Source of the DNA: the human T2T-CHM13v2.0 reference genome, Homo sapiens
Assembly (NCBI RefSeq): GCF_009914755.1
Contig: NC_060938.1
Reading direction: 5' to 3' (one strand)
DNA: 64,000 bases
Shown: positions 15,198 to 28,700 of the stretch, piece by piece
How positions within the stretch are numbered: position 1 is the stretch's first letter
Layout: every line of letters begins with the position of its first letter
Made by a program: the position numbers and the translations under genes
The notes under the pieces: generated by a model
What the model was told of the DNA's origin: nothing
The model's input: the letters and a program-made list of their open reading frames with translations, nothing else
The model's database searches: none

Positions 15198-16245
15198 TAA
15201 AGTCACAGTTACCGTTCTAAACTTCTCCCCAATATACTTTTGTTTTATTTTTTAAAATTTCAATCTTTAATGTTTCTAGAATTTATTTTGGTATATGATA
15301 AAAGGTACAGGCCTAACTTTATATCTTCCATATAGCTGGCCAGTTATTTCCAGTTCTTGTTAATTTATGAATGAACCCATCCTTTTCCTGAAAAGGAAAT
15401 ATCACCTTTATAATATATTAATATTCTCTATATAGTTTCATTTTTCTGGATTCTCTTTTTCTTTTTTGTGCTAATACTATATTTTTTGTCTGATTTTTTT
15501 TTTTGGCTACTCTTTGTAGCAGCTTTGTGGTAAGTTTTTACTCTCTAGTAAGACAAATTGTCTACTCCTGACCTCTGTTTTCTTTTTCTAATATGTCTTA
15601 ACAATTCTTACATATTAATTTTCCTATATGAACATTGAAATCACTTATGTTCTCAAATTATATTTTAAAGTAGCAGGTTCTATATCTTTCTTTAAAGAAA
15701 ATTTCTTTAAAACTGTATTTAAAATTTAAAAATTATTTTAAATTAAATTGAATTCTAATTTGATTTTGTGAATTTTCTTTAAAATTTATTTCTACGCATT
15801 TTATCATTTCTGTTACTCATGTTGGTTGTGGTAAAAACCTTTTAGAGTAGATTATAGGAATTCTTCTGCCAAAGCAGTTTATGTTGTTTCTTCCATGTAA
15901 AATTGATGACCCTTGGTCCCAGGAGTGTTTTTGTTTTGTTTTCTGCTGTATGTGGATTGAATAGGAAGAGGAAAGCAGGAAAGAGAGGTTACATTAGCTA
16001 TGACTAAAATTTTCTAAGAATTCAGTTCTCAGCTAGTTCACATTACTGAGGGATTATCAGAGACTGAATAAAATTCTTAATTTTATTCTTCATTTTTTGC
16101 AGCATGTATTAAGTGGAATACTTATATCAATTTCACTCAATTTAAAATGTTTATAAGCTCTCAGAATGCCTGGTCTGATGGCCAGGTTTGTTAGATTTAA
16201 GTACGTCCTGCAATGAATATTTTCTTTCAAAAGTCCTTAAATTGT

Positions 16246-16396
16246 GGCCGGGCGCGGTGGCTCACGCCTGTAATCCCAGCACTTTGGGAGGCTGAGGCAG
16301 GAGAATGGCATAAACTCAGGAGGCGGAGCTTGCAGTGAGCAGAGATCACGCCACTGCATTCCAGCCTGGGCGACAGAGAGAGACTCCGTCTCAAAG
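16246..16396 (+). mobile_element. Monomer-length AluY (left-arm start fused to right-arm end)
   Basis: ggccgggcgcggtggctcacgcc..ttgggaggctgaggcaggagaatggc..gcggagcttgcagtgag; TSD aagtccttaa(a/g)ttgt. Confidence 0.9.
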
Positions 16397-16559
16397 AAGT
16401 CCTTAAGTTGTATGTACTCAGGCTCTTTGATTTAGTCAGTGGGTATTTATTGAAGATCTTTTTTGTTCACAAAATGCTGTAACATTACTTGAATATTGTT
16501 TGTATTCAAAATCACCTATACTCACTCTGGGTGAAAAAAAAAGAACAACATTTTAATTA

Positions 16560-16820
16560 GTACAGATAACCAGATAGTCCATTCAGTGAACACCAACCCT
16601 AGACAATTAATACAATTAAGCCTGGCTAATCTTATGGAAAAAAATGTGAATGACTTTACAGGGCTCTCCACCACTGATGAGAACTGAATCTCATTATTCC
16701 AAGTGATGGCCAGGCTGCGGGGTGATAATGACTTTGACAACATTTTAGCGGAAGAAATTGAAGAATTAATTAAGGGTTGTAGAGAAGAACTGACCAAGGA
16801 GAACTCAGGGGACAAACTGA
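16560..16820 (+). mobile_element. Tigger/pogo-family transposase relic
   Basis: Translates as NLMEKNVNDFTGLSTTDEN*ISLFQVMARLRGDNDFDNILAEEIEELIKGCREELTKE, resembling the post-DDE C-terminal segment of Tigger transposases. Confidence 0.6.
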
Positions 16821-17687
16821 AAAAAAAAAAAAAAAACACAAAACCTTGCTCATAGAGTTGTATAAAGAAAATCATATATATATATATAATCTTTTGGGTG
16901 GCTTTTCCAGGGCATTTTTAACTTTTGTATACAGGTCAACTTGAGAATTTAATTCCTGTGAAGGATAAGAATGGTGGGAAGGTGCCAAGAATTATGAAAG
17001 ACATAGGAAAATATATAACATAGTTTCTGCCTTCAAGAAACTTCAAGGAGCAATATATTTAACGGGGTCATATTAGATATGTAAACATAAAATAATACAC
17101 TATATCATGAATGACAAAATGTGTGGTCAAATCATTATATGTAATTGTAGAAAGAACTGTTGAATGAATGAATGGACATAGACTATCCAAACATTAGAAA
17201 TTTATACGCTCATTAAACCTGATTTTGTATCTAGAATGTATTCAATTTCTAGCAATCTTCCTTAAAGAACAAAATTGCAAAATTAAAAAAAAAGTTTATT
17301 ATCTTAAAAATTCAACTGGTGATAAAGTGAAAGGTAAAAGTTCTCCATCTCTTCCTACTCTTATTTACCAGCCCGCTCCCAGAGATGTTTACAGCTTAGG
17401 TATCCATCCCAAAACTTTGTATACCATATACACACACATACTTTCAAACAAGGATACTACAGTCCTTCTTAAACTTTTTCAGTATTTCATTTCAGTACCC
17501 GCTGATCTACTTCATTACTTTTAGTGCCCGCAGCGTCAGTATATCAGATGCTAAAGTATCATAACTTACATGTATTTAACCCCTTCCTTATTTGTAGACA
17601 CAGATTATTTTCTATCTTCCACTGTTAAAAACAGTACATCAGTTAATAGCTTTACACACCCCCTGTGTCAGATTACCTGTAGCATAG

Positions 17688-18030
<343 letters not shown>

Positions 18031-18739
18031 CTCAAACTGTATTTTTGACAAAGGCTAAAGGTATGCTGTCATGGTTTGGTTTGTACTGATCCGTTTAGGT
18101 AATTCAATGTTATTAGATGTGAGGATGATCTGGTGGCAACATCAATCACAGCCATAAAGGTCAGAGTTATTTAGCGCCCCTCACCCCCTAGCATTTCCAG
18201 TCCTTCCTTTAGTTTCTGGAAGCTCCCAGATGTCTCTTCAGAAGCTTAAGACGTTTTGGATCAAAGACATACTGTGGTCCTCGATAAAGGAAAAGATACT
18301 GTTGTTTCAATAATCTCACGGGACAATACTTAATAATCTCGTAAAGTGAGCCCTTATCTGAGGGGGGAAATAAAATTTATTGCCTTCTAACACCATCAAA
18401 TAGTTTATTTGAGACCAGGAATTGGTCCGACCACTTATTTTCAACTTTTGGCTGAATACGGGTGAACTTGGCTTTTTGTTTTCCCTAAACCCAGGACAGA
18501 AATAAATTAAAAGCCCTGACTGTGCCGGGATAGGACTGAGAGGCCCAGGAAAGGCTGCACTAAGTACTTGGAGGGTTTGTTTTTTTCCTTCTTGCTGCTG
18601 CTGCTGTTTCCTCGAGGATGAAGGGAAAGATAAAACCCTCCTGCCTCCGTTCGTGCTTTCATTCGCCCCATTCCTCGAAGGTGACGAAACTTCAGCACAT
18701 CTCTGTCCATTTTGGAAAAAAGAGGATCCCCTCAAGAGC

Positions 18740-19400
18740 AAATAGGCGGAAACAATGACCCCGCGCCCGGAGTTTTTCTGAGCTCCTAAATAGGGAGAGA
18801 GACCCGACAAAACAAACAAGCGAAGGCGACACAGCCAGGTTAGCACCGAGCAGCAGCGCAGGAGCGCCAGAAGGGCGGGAGCACACGGGCCCTTCCCCAC
18901 AGCCAGCGCCTCCGCGGGTCCCACCCCTCGAGGGCGGGGCCGACCGCTCTTTCCGGGTTTGCGAGCGGAAGTGGACGAATTTGAATCCTGTGGGCCGTTG
19001 AATGTGGCTGCTCGCGGTCGGCGTGCCCCGACGTACAGCGGGCCGGGAAAAGTGGCACTGAGGCTCTGGAACTTCTGCCCAGCTCTCCTTGGTGAGTAAA
19101 TGGGGAACGGGAAGACGCAGAACGTTCCAGAGAGAGAAGCAGGACCGTGGGGTGGGAGAGGGTGTCAGGAGGCCGGACGTCGCAGCCGGGGCCTCGCAGT
19201 GCTTTTGGGGACGTCTGGTGCTGGGGCCCGGCCTGGAGACTAAGGGAATTCGGGGCACTGGGGGCGTTTGCTGGACCAGCGCTCTCGACGGTTGCGCACG
19301 CCAGCCAGCTCTCAGTGTTGAGGATTCGGAGGCCCTGCCGGTCCCCCGCGAGTAAACCTTGTTTATACGCATCCTCCGTGGCTTTTTTTAAACCCGTAGT
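18740..19400 (+). promoter_or_regulatory. G2E3: CpG-island promoter of G2E3: GC box 18932-18940, ETS sites 18951-18956 and 18965-18973, CHR TTTGAA 18980-18985
   Basis: Dense non-repeat CpG; gggcggggc, ttccgg, gcggaagtg and tttgaat lie directly upstream of a strong donor. Confidence 0.9.
18975..19091 (+). other. G2E3: G2E3 non-coding exon 1 (start approximate)
   Basis: Donor TTG|GTGAGT at 19091/19092 inside the CpG island; exon 2 has only 4 nt of UTR, so an upstream exon is required. Confidence 0.8.
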
Positions 19401-21988
19401 TTATTATTTCCACCAATTCGGCTCGAATGCTGAAATTTTAACAGTAGTTAAATCTCACTGTGAAGGCGTTGCCACGTTTAAACAAATCTCTTTTAATGAA
19501 AGATGGAAGGTTGGGGCGGGTTTAGAATGAAAAGATGCTCTACGTGGCTCCGCGTTCCTCCTGAGAGAGATACCCGGGCAACCTTGATTAACTCTGGACT
19601 GCAGGGAAGTGACAGTCTTTGAAATGCCTGAGTGGGATTTAAACTGAAATTCGAGTGTCCTTTGTATTTAAAACCCGGATATTTTTCTTTCACGGTTGAC
19701 ATTTTTCATGTACCGCAAAAATCCGAGACTCCTATTTAAACCGGCTGTGGTAACAGCGGTGGTGATTAACTAGGGTCTTAGTTTGCAAACAATAGGGGTA
19801 AGGTTTAGTTCCACCGCCCTGCCTTTTCGCCTCCCTCATTCATTGGCCAACTGGGTTATTATGGAGTCTTTTTGGAAGTAATCCACTAATGCTTTGAGCA
19901 TCTGTTTCTTTGGGTTTTATTGTTTTGGGCTTTTTTTTTTTTAATTTTTAATGATGAACTATCTGAAATATGGAACTCTGTCTAACCCAGTAGTAAAGTC
20001 ATGCCTTCTGGAATGGTTTAAAAGTGTGCCATAAATGTAAACTATAAATGGGAACTTTAAATGTGTACAAGTTTTACATCTTTATTAAAAATCGTCAGTT
20101 TTGTGTAGCTTAATACGAAAAGATATTTTAAGTTCCTTTTAAGGTTTTAACACCAGGATATTGTACCATTTAAATGTATAAATATATTTTTAAAAGTAGG
20201 ACTTCATAATAATCAGAATAAAAACATTCCTTCATCCAGTGCTGGCTATTCCAGCACCCCCATTCTTCCTGCTATTGAACTTTTAAGTGTTAGCCAGGAA
20301 GAATAGACTTAAATACTCGGTGTTTAGGATAGTTAAAATATGAGCATTTTTCATATAGTGTCTTTGTAACAGAGACATTGGCTATACTTCTCTAAGCCTT
20401 TCTGCTCATTTCATATGTGCTGTCAACAAATGGTAATTTTTAAAAATTGATCGCTATATCCTAATCTCTTTATTTTTTTCTACCTGAATTATTTTCATTG
20501 GATTTTTGCTCTTTCTTAAATCAGTGAGTTTCAGAATTTATTGTGTATACACTACCTTGAAGGATTTGTTCAACAATGCTGATTCCTGCACTTCAGATCT
20601 CAGATTCTGAATCAGTAGGTCTGGAGGATGGCATTGAACAGTCTGCATATTTAACTGAAAGGTTAGAAAATACTGTGAGTTTTCAAAACACTGATTTGAT
20701 CTTTCCTAGAAAGGCATTATAATGTGTTGATTAAAGACATGGAACTGGGGCCAGATTGCCTTGGTTTGAAGCCCATCTCCACCACTTGATAGCTAGGTGA
20801 CCCTGGGCAAGCTGTTTAACCTCTCTGCTTCATTTCCCTCTACCGTATGATGAGGTTACCTACTTTGTAGGATTATTGTGAGGATTGAATGAGTTAATAT
20901 ATACAAAGACCTTAAAATAGTGTGTGCCACATAGCAAATGATACATAAGTCTCCAATTACATTGAGTTACTAAACTGTAAAAACCGCATCACATACATTC
21001 TCTCATTAATCTTTACAATATCGCTGAGGTAGTTACTATCTTCAAATAAGAAAACAGGCTAAGAGGGGCTCGGTAATTTGTTCTCACACAACTAGTAACA
21101 CGTTGGAACTGAAGTCGGAAATTAGATTTAACTCAAAAGTTTATGCTTTTTTAAAAAAGTAATATTTCTTGCCTCTCTTCAGTCTCCCTCCAGATGTTGC
21201 TCCATAAGTATCTCTGATGGCTTCTCATTGTCTACCATATATAATTCAAATTTCTTAGCTTTGCTTTTTATTTACAGAGCCCTTCAGAGTCTGGTACCAA
21301 CTTCTCTTCCCAAGGACCATCTTCATAATATTACACCAGTCTCTTCCAACCTGCTGATGTTCTATCAATACTACTAGAATTCTCCAAATCTATCTCTTAT
21401 TACATTTTATGCATATTTAGCCATTGGCCTTTTTATTTCCCCTTAAGATTTTACTCAAATGGGTTTAAAGACTTCTCCAGGCTGTGCTTTTTGCTTATAA
21501 ATATATAGTGCGAGACTGCCCTTGTCCTTTTAATTTTTATGTCTGCAGTGCACAGTGCAGAACAGTGAGTGTCATGATACTCTGAAACTGTGTATGTTCA
21601 GTGAGTACTTATTATTTTAACAATTTAACACATTTTGTCTTGGGTTAATGACTCAAAAAGTTGTTGCTTTTTTTTTTTTAAGGCTTGGCTTTTTTCTGAG
21701 ATGATAGCATATAATTCTGTGTAGTTTAGTAGAGATTTTAGTGATAGCATATGGTTTATAAACTATGGAAAAATAAGTATTGAAATTATAGGCTCAGAGG
21801 ACATTTCAAGTGGCAAAAAATCAGGAGCAATGTTTGTTAATATTCATGAATTTAAAATGCTTTATACATATTTTCTCACTTAATCCTCACAACCATTTTA
21901 TTATCTCTATATTAAGATGAAGAAACTGAGGCACCAAAAGATTTAGTAGCTTTTAAAATGTATTTTTAAAATATTTAATTTCCTCTTG

Positions 21989-22966
21989 TGTGGGCGGCAA
22001 GCCACCCAGGTGCCGAGGCAAGAGACTGGGGGCACGAGCTGTTCCAGTATAATAAAATAATAAAATAAGAATAGTTATACTAGATATAGATCTTAGATAT
22101 GATTATATATGAATATCATTAATCATTAGTTTGTAGCAATTACTCTTTATTCCAATATTATAATAATCCTCGCTCTACAATCATAACCTAGGAAAAACCA
22201 GGCCATACAGAGATAGGAGCTGAGGGGACATAGTGAGAAGTGACCAGAAGACAAGTGTGAGCCTTCTGTTATGCCCGGACAGGGCCACCAGAGGGCTCCT
22301 TGTTCTAGCGGTAACACCAGCGTCTGGGAAGACGCCCGTTGCCAAGAGGACCATGGTCTAGCGATAGCGTCAGTGTCAAGGAAAAACACCCGCTACTTAG
22401 CAGACCGGGAAAGGGAGTCTCCCTTTCCCCGGGGGAGTTTAGAGAAGACTCTACTCCTCCACCTCTTGTGGAGGGCCTGACACCAGTCAGGCCCACCCGC
22501 AGTTACCTGGAGGCCTAACCGTCTCCCTGTGGTGCTGTGCTTCAATGGTCACACTCCTCGTCTGCCTTCATGTTCCATCCTGTACACCTGGCTCTGCCTT
22601 TTAGATAGCGGTAGCAAATTAGGGAAAGTACTAAAAGTCTTTGATATGCAGAAATAATGGTGTAAGCTGTCTCTCTCTCTGCCTCGGCTGCCAGGCAGGG
22701 AAGGGCCCCCTGTCCAGTGGACACGTGACCCACGTGAACTTACCTATCATTGGAGATGGCTCACTGCCCCTTTGTCTTGTATCCAATAAATATCAGCACA
22801 GCCTGGCATTTGGGGCCACTACCAGTCTCCGTGTCTTGGTGATAGTGGTCCCCCGGGCCCAGCTGTCTTTTCTTTTATCTCTTTGTCTTGTGTCTTTATT
22901 TCTACAATCTCTCGTCTCCGCACACGGGGAGAAAAACCCACCGATCCTGTGGGGCTGGTCCCTACA
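21989..22966 (+). mobile_element. Solo LTR13 (ERVK group), 978 bp
   Basis: Termini tgtgggcggcaagccacccagg ... ggggctggtccctaca; 6-bp TSD ctcttg at 21983-21988 and 22967-22972. Confidence 0.92.
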
Positions 22967-23489
22967 CTCTTGGTACAGTTTTTTTTTTTTTTAATTATGA
23001 GTGGTATGTTAGATGTAATAAAAAGTATCTTAATTCAAAATGTTAGGGAATTAAAAAACAAAACTTTTCTTTTTCCGTTTGATCACTTAAGACAGTTGCC
23101 TAATCTTGCCCACAGCTTTTCTTTAAAAACCTGCCCAACAATGTAGGGACATCATTCTCATGACCAGTAGGTAGGGTTGGTCTAAGGGACATAAAGCCCC
23201 ATACCACTTAAAGTCCCATACCACTTCCCCAACAAAACTGGTACAGGTATTTATATCAGAGCTGCATATCTGATGCAGGCTAGACCATTCATGTGATTTC
23301 TTGATTTTGGAGTTGGGATATCACAAGACTATTGGAAGCCAAGCTGGAAAGGTCTTATGTGTTGCTATGACAGTGGAATCATGAAGAAACATGAAAATGG
23401 ACATATGGAGCCAATGGGTGGTAGGGTGGGGTGGGGTAGGGGAGGATGACATCTGTTTCCTGGGGACTAGTTATATATTGATAACTTAA

Positions 23490-23835
<346 letters not shown>

Positions 23836-24169
23836 ATTGCTTTTTATCTTAAACTTATCCTTTTGTTTTAAATAAAAATTGTTAACTTTTAAACAAGTAT
23901 CTGGTATACAATTTGTATGCAATAAAAGTCACCCATTTTAGGGGTATAGTTCAATGAGTTTTAGTAAATGTATTCTCTTGTATGAATATACCACAGTTTG
24001 TTTTATCCATATACATTGTTACAGTTTTTAGTTATCACAAATAAAGTTTCTGTTGACCTTTGTGTACAATGGACATATGCCTTATTTCTCTTGGCTGCAT
24101 CATATGATAGGTGTACATTTGACCTTTTTTTGAGGTAAAATTCCCATTTATAAAATTAGCCATTTTATT

Positions 24170-24450
24170 TGAGACAAGATCTCTGTCACCCAAAGCTGGA
24201 GCTCAGTGGCACAATCATAGTTCACTGCAGCCTCCAACTCTTGGACTCCAGCTGTCCTCCCACCTCAGCTTCCCAGGCAGCTAGGACTACAGGCATTTGC
24301 CACCAAGACTGGCTAATTAAAAATTTTTTTTATAGAGACAGGATATCACCATGTTGTCCAGGCTGGTTGCAAACACCTAGCCTCAAGCGATCCTTCCACC
24401 TCAGCCTCCCAAAGTGCTGGAATTACAGGTGTGAGCCACCATGCCCAGTC
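24170..24450 (-). mobile_element. AluJ
   Basis: Antisense dimer, TSD aaaattagccatttt. Confidence 0.92.
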
Positions 24451-25404
24451 AAAAATTAGCCATTTTAAAGTAGACATTTCAGTGACAGTACATTCACGAT
24501 GTTGTGCAACCATCACCTCTACCTAGTTCCAAAACATGTAACCTTTTATGTCTGACTTCCCTCATTTAATATAATGTTTTCAAGGTTATCTATGTTGTAG
24601 CATGTTTCAGTACTTTATTCCTTTTTATTGCCACATAATCATTCTATGGATATACCACATTTTGTATATCCATTCATCAATTGATGTATAATTAGGTTGT
24701 TTCTTTGTAATGTATTGATTTAGTGATCTCTTTTGTGAATAGTGCTGCTGTGAACATATGTATGCAAGTTTTTGTTTGAACTGAAATATTTCAATTGTTT
24801 TGGTTACATAGCTAGTGGAATTGCTGGGTGATATGGTAGTCTTGTTTAATGTGTTGTGGAATTGCCAAACTGTTTTCCACCCTTGCATCATTTTACTTTC
24901 CCACTAGCAATATGTAAGGGTTCTAATTTCTCCATATCATCATTAACACTTACTATTTTAGTTTGTAAAAATTATTATTATAGCTATTATAGTGGACATG
25001 AAGTGGTGTCTCATTGTGGCTTTGATTTACTTATCACTAATATAATGAGCATTTTTTCATGTGCTGTTGGCCATTTGAATATTTTCTTTGGAGAAATGTC
25101 TTCAGATATTTTGTTCATTTTTAAGTTGGATTACTTGTCTTTTTGTTGTTGCATTGTAAGAGTTTCTAATGTATTCTAGATACTAGACCCTTTTCAGGTT
25201 ATATGATTTCTGAATATTTTTTCCCATTCTGTAGATTGTCATTAGATGCACAAGTTTTATACTTTGGTAAAGTTCAATTTATTTTTTTCTTGTTGCTTGT
25301 GCTTTTGGTGTCATATCTCAGAAACCATTGCCAAATACAAGGTCATGAAAATTTACCCCTAGATTTTCATTTAAGAGATTTATAGTTCTGTCTTTTACAT
25401 TTAG

Positions 25405-25776
<372 letters not shown>

Positions 25777-28700
25777 AACTTCATTCTTATTTACATGGCT
25801 GTCTGGTCGTCCCAGGACCATTTGTCGAAGAGACTGTTTTCTTCCCATTTAATGGTCTTGGCACCCTTATTGAAAATTAGTTTACTATAAAACGTGAGTT
25901 TATTTATTGACTCTTTCTTCTTTTCTATTGATGTGTATGTCTGTCCTTGTGCCAGTACCACATTGTCTTGATTACAGTGGATTTGTAGTAAGTTTGGAAT
26001 TGGAAAATTTGAATCCTCCAACTTTTTCTTTTTGGGGATCCTTTTGACTATTCAGGATCCCTTGCAGTTTAGGCTTAGCTTTTCCATTCCTGCAAAAAAA
26101 GGCCATCGGGATTTTGACAGGAATTGTATCAAATCCATAAATTGCTTTGGGGAGTATAACCATCTTAATGAAATAGTTTTTCAACCTATGGATGCAAAAT
26201 GTCTTTTCATTTATTTACAGTTCTTTAATTTCTTTCAGCACTGTTTTGTAGTTTTCAGTGCAAAAATCTTGCACCACCATGGTTAAATTTATTACTAAGT
26301 AATTTTTATGCTATTGTAAATGGAATTGTTTACTTAATTTCCTTTTTGGATTGTTCATTGTTATATAGAAATACAACTGATATTTGTGTGTTGATCTTGC
26401 ATCCTGTAACTTAGCTGAATTCGTTTAGTAGCTCTAACAGTTTTTTGTGAATTCTGTAGGAAATTCTACATATAAGATCATGCCTTCTTTGAATAGAGTT
26501 ACTTCTTGCTTTCTTGCTTTATTATTCTGAATAGACCTTCTGGTTCAGTGTTGACTACAAGTGGTGGAAGTGTGTATCTTTGTTTTGTTCCAGATCTTAG
26601 GTGGAAAGTGTGCAGTCTTTCACTGATAATTATGTTAATTACAGGTTTTTCCATAGATGCTGAGGAAGTTCCCTTATATTCCTAAATGTTTGAGTGTTTT
26701 TATCATCAATGAGTTGTATTTTGTCAAATGCTTTTTCTGCATCTATTGAGATGAGCATGTGACCTTTTCCTTTTTCTCTATTAGTATGGTATATTATATT
26801 GGTTGATTTCCATATGCTGAACCACCTTTGCATTTCTGGGATAAATCCCACTTGGTTATGGTACAAAATTTTCTTTATCAGAATCAGTTTGCTGGTAGTT
26901 TGTTAAGGATATTTGCATCTATGTTCATAAGAGATAATTGGCTTGTAGTTTTATTTTCTGTGATGTCTTTTTCTGGCTTTGGTATCGGGGTATTGGTGGC
27001 TTCATAAAATGAGTTAGGAAGTGTCATAATATCTTTTGGAGGGGTTTGAGAAAGATTGGTGCCAATTTTTCTTCAAAGGTTTAATAGGGTTCACCAGTGA
27101 ACCCATCTGGGCTAGGACTTTATTCGTTGGGAGGTTCTTCATTAGTGATTCAATCTCTTGTTTGTAGATTTGTTGAAATTTTCTATTTCTTCTTGTCACT
27201 TTTGTTATTTGTTTAACCTATTGTTTAATTTGTTAACTTTTAACTTCTTAGAGTACAATTGTTCATAATAGTCTCATTTAATTCTTTTTATTTGTATTAG
27301 GTCTGTAGCAGTGTCCCACTTTCATTTCTTCTGATTTAGTAATTTGAGTCTTCTCTTTTTTTTCTCTGGGTCATCTAACTAAACGTTTTCAATTTTGTCG
27401 ATCTTCTCAAGCAATTTTTATTTTATTGATTCTCAATTTAAAAATTTTTTTATTACATTATCTGGACTCTAAATTATTTCCTTCCTTCTGCTAGCTTTGG
27501 GTTTAGTTTGGTCTTTTTCTAGTTTCTTTGGGCATATAGTTGGGTCATTGTTTTGGGGGCTTGATTTTATTTGTCTCTAAGTATTTTCTAATTTCCCTTG
27601 TGATTTCTTTTTTGACTTTTTGTCTATTTAAAGTTGTTATTTAATCTCCATATGTTTCTCAGTTTTCCAGTTTTCCTTTTATTGATTTCTAGTTTCATTC
27701 CATAGTCATTGGAGAGGATATTTTGTGTGATTTCAGTCTTGTAAAATGTATTATTTTGTGGTCTAACATGGTATATCCATGGATATTGTTCCACGTGCAT
27801 TTGAGAAGAATGTTTCATTCTGTTGTAGGGTGGAGTGTTCTGTATATGTTAAGTCTAAACTATTTCTCCTTTCATTTCTGTCAAATTTTGCCTTGTATAT
27901 TTTGGGGCTCTTATTAGGTGGGTTTGTGTTTATAATTGTCATGTCTTCTTGATGGATTGAACTTTTTAGTCAGTCTTTAATGTCCTTTGAGTCCTGTAAC
28001 AATCTTCAACTTAAAGCCTGTTTTGTCTGACATTAGTATAAACACCCAAGCTTACTTTTGATTACTGTTTGTATGAAGTATCTTATTCTGTCATTTTACT
28101 TTCCATCTATTTGTGTTTTGATATCTATAGCTTGACCCTAGTAGATAGTGTATGTATGGATTTTAAAAAAATTCATTCTGTCAACCTTTGCCTTTTAATT
28201 GGAGCGTGTAATTCATTTACATTTAATTACTGTTAAGGAAGGATTTCTGACATTTTAGTATTTGTTTTCTAAATACTATCTTTCTGTTCCTCATTTCCTT
28301 CCTTATTGCCTTTTGTTTAATTGATTTGTATAGTGTACCATTTTGATTCCCTTCTCATTACCTTTTCTGCACATATTTTTTAGTTATATTCTTAGTGGCT
28401 ATCTTGGGGATTACAATTAATATCTTAAACTTATAACAACCTAGTTTGAATTAATACCCACTCAGCTTTCATAGTATACAAAAATTACACTTCTGTATAT
28501 CTCATCCTTCTTCCTAAATGTTATTGTGTCAAATTACATTTTATATTTTTTGCTTATTTTACATTTATACATAATGTGCCCAATAACATTGATTTATATT
28601 TATTTTACGTGTTTTTCTTTTAAATCATAAAGGAAAAAGAGAATTACCAAAAGTGCAATAATACTACTGGCTTTTATATTTACTTCTGTAATTACCTTTA

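Noticed and set aside
16522-16875. 117-aa minus-strand ORF
   Set aside because: Antisense shadow of a Tigger transposase relic plus poly(A)-derived Phe runs
18300-18900. Divergent antisense lncRNA from the G2E3 promoter
   Set aside because: Plausible for an ETS-rich CpG island, but I cannot define exons from the sequence
18316-19530. 202- and 226-aa minus-strand ORFs and overlapping plus-strand ORFs
   Set aside because: They span the CpG island where stops are depleted; no recognisable domain
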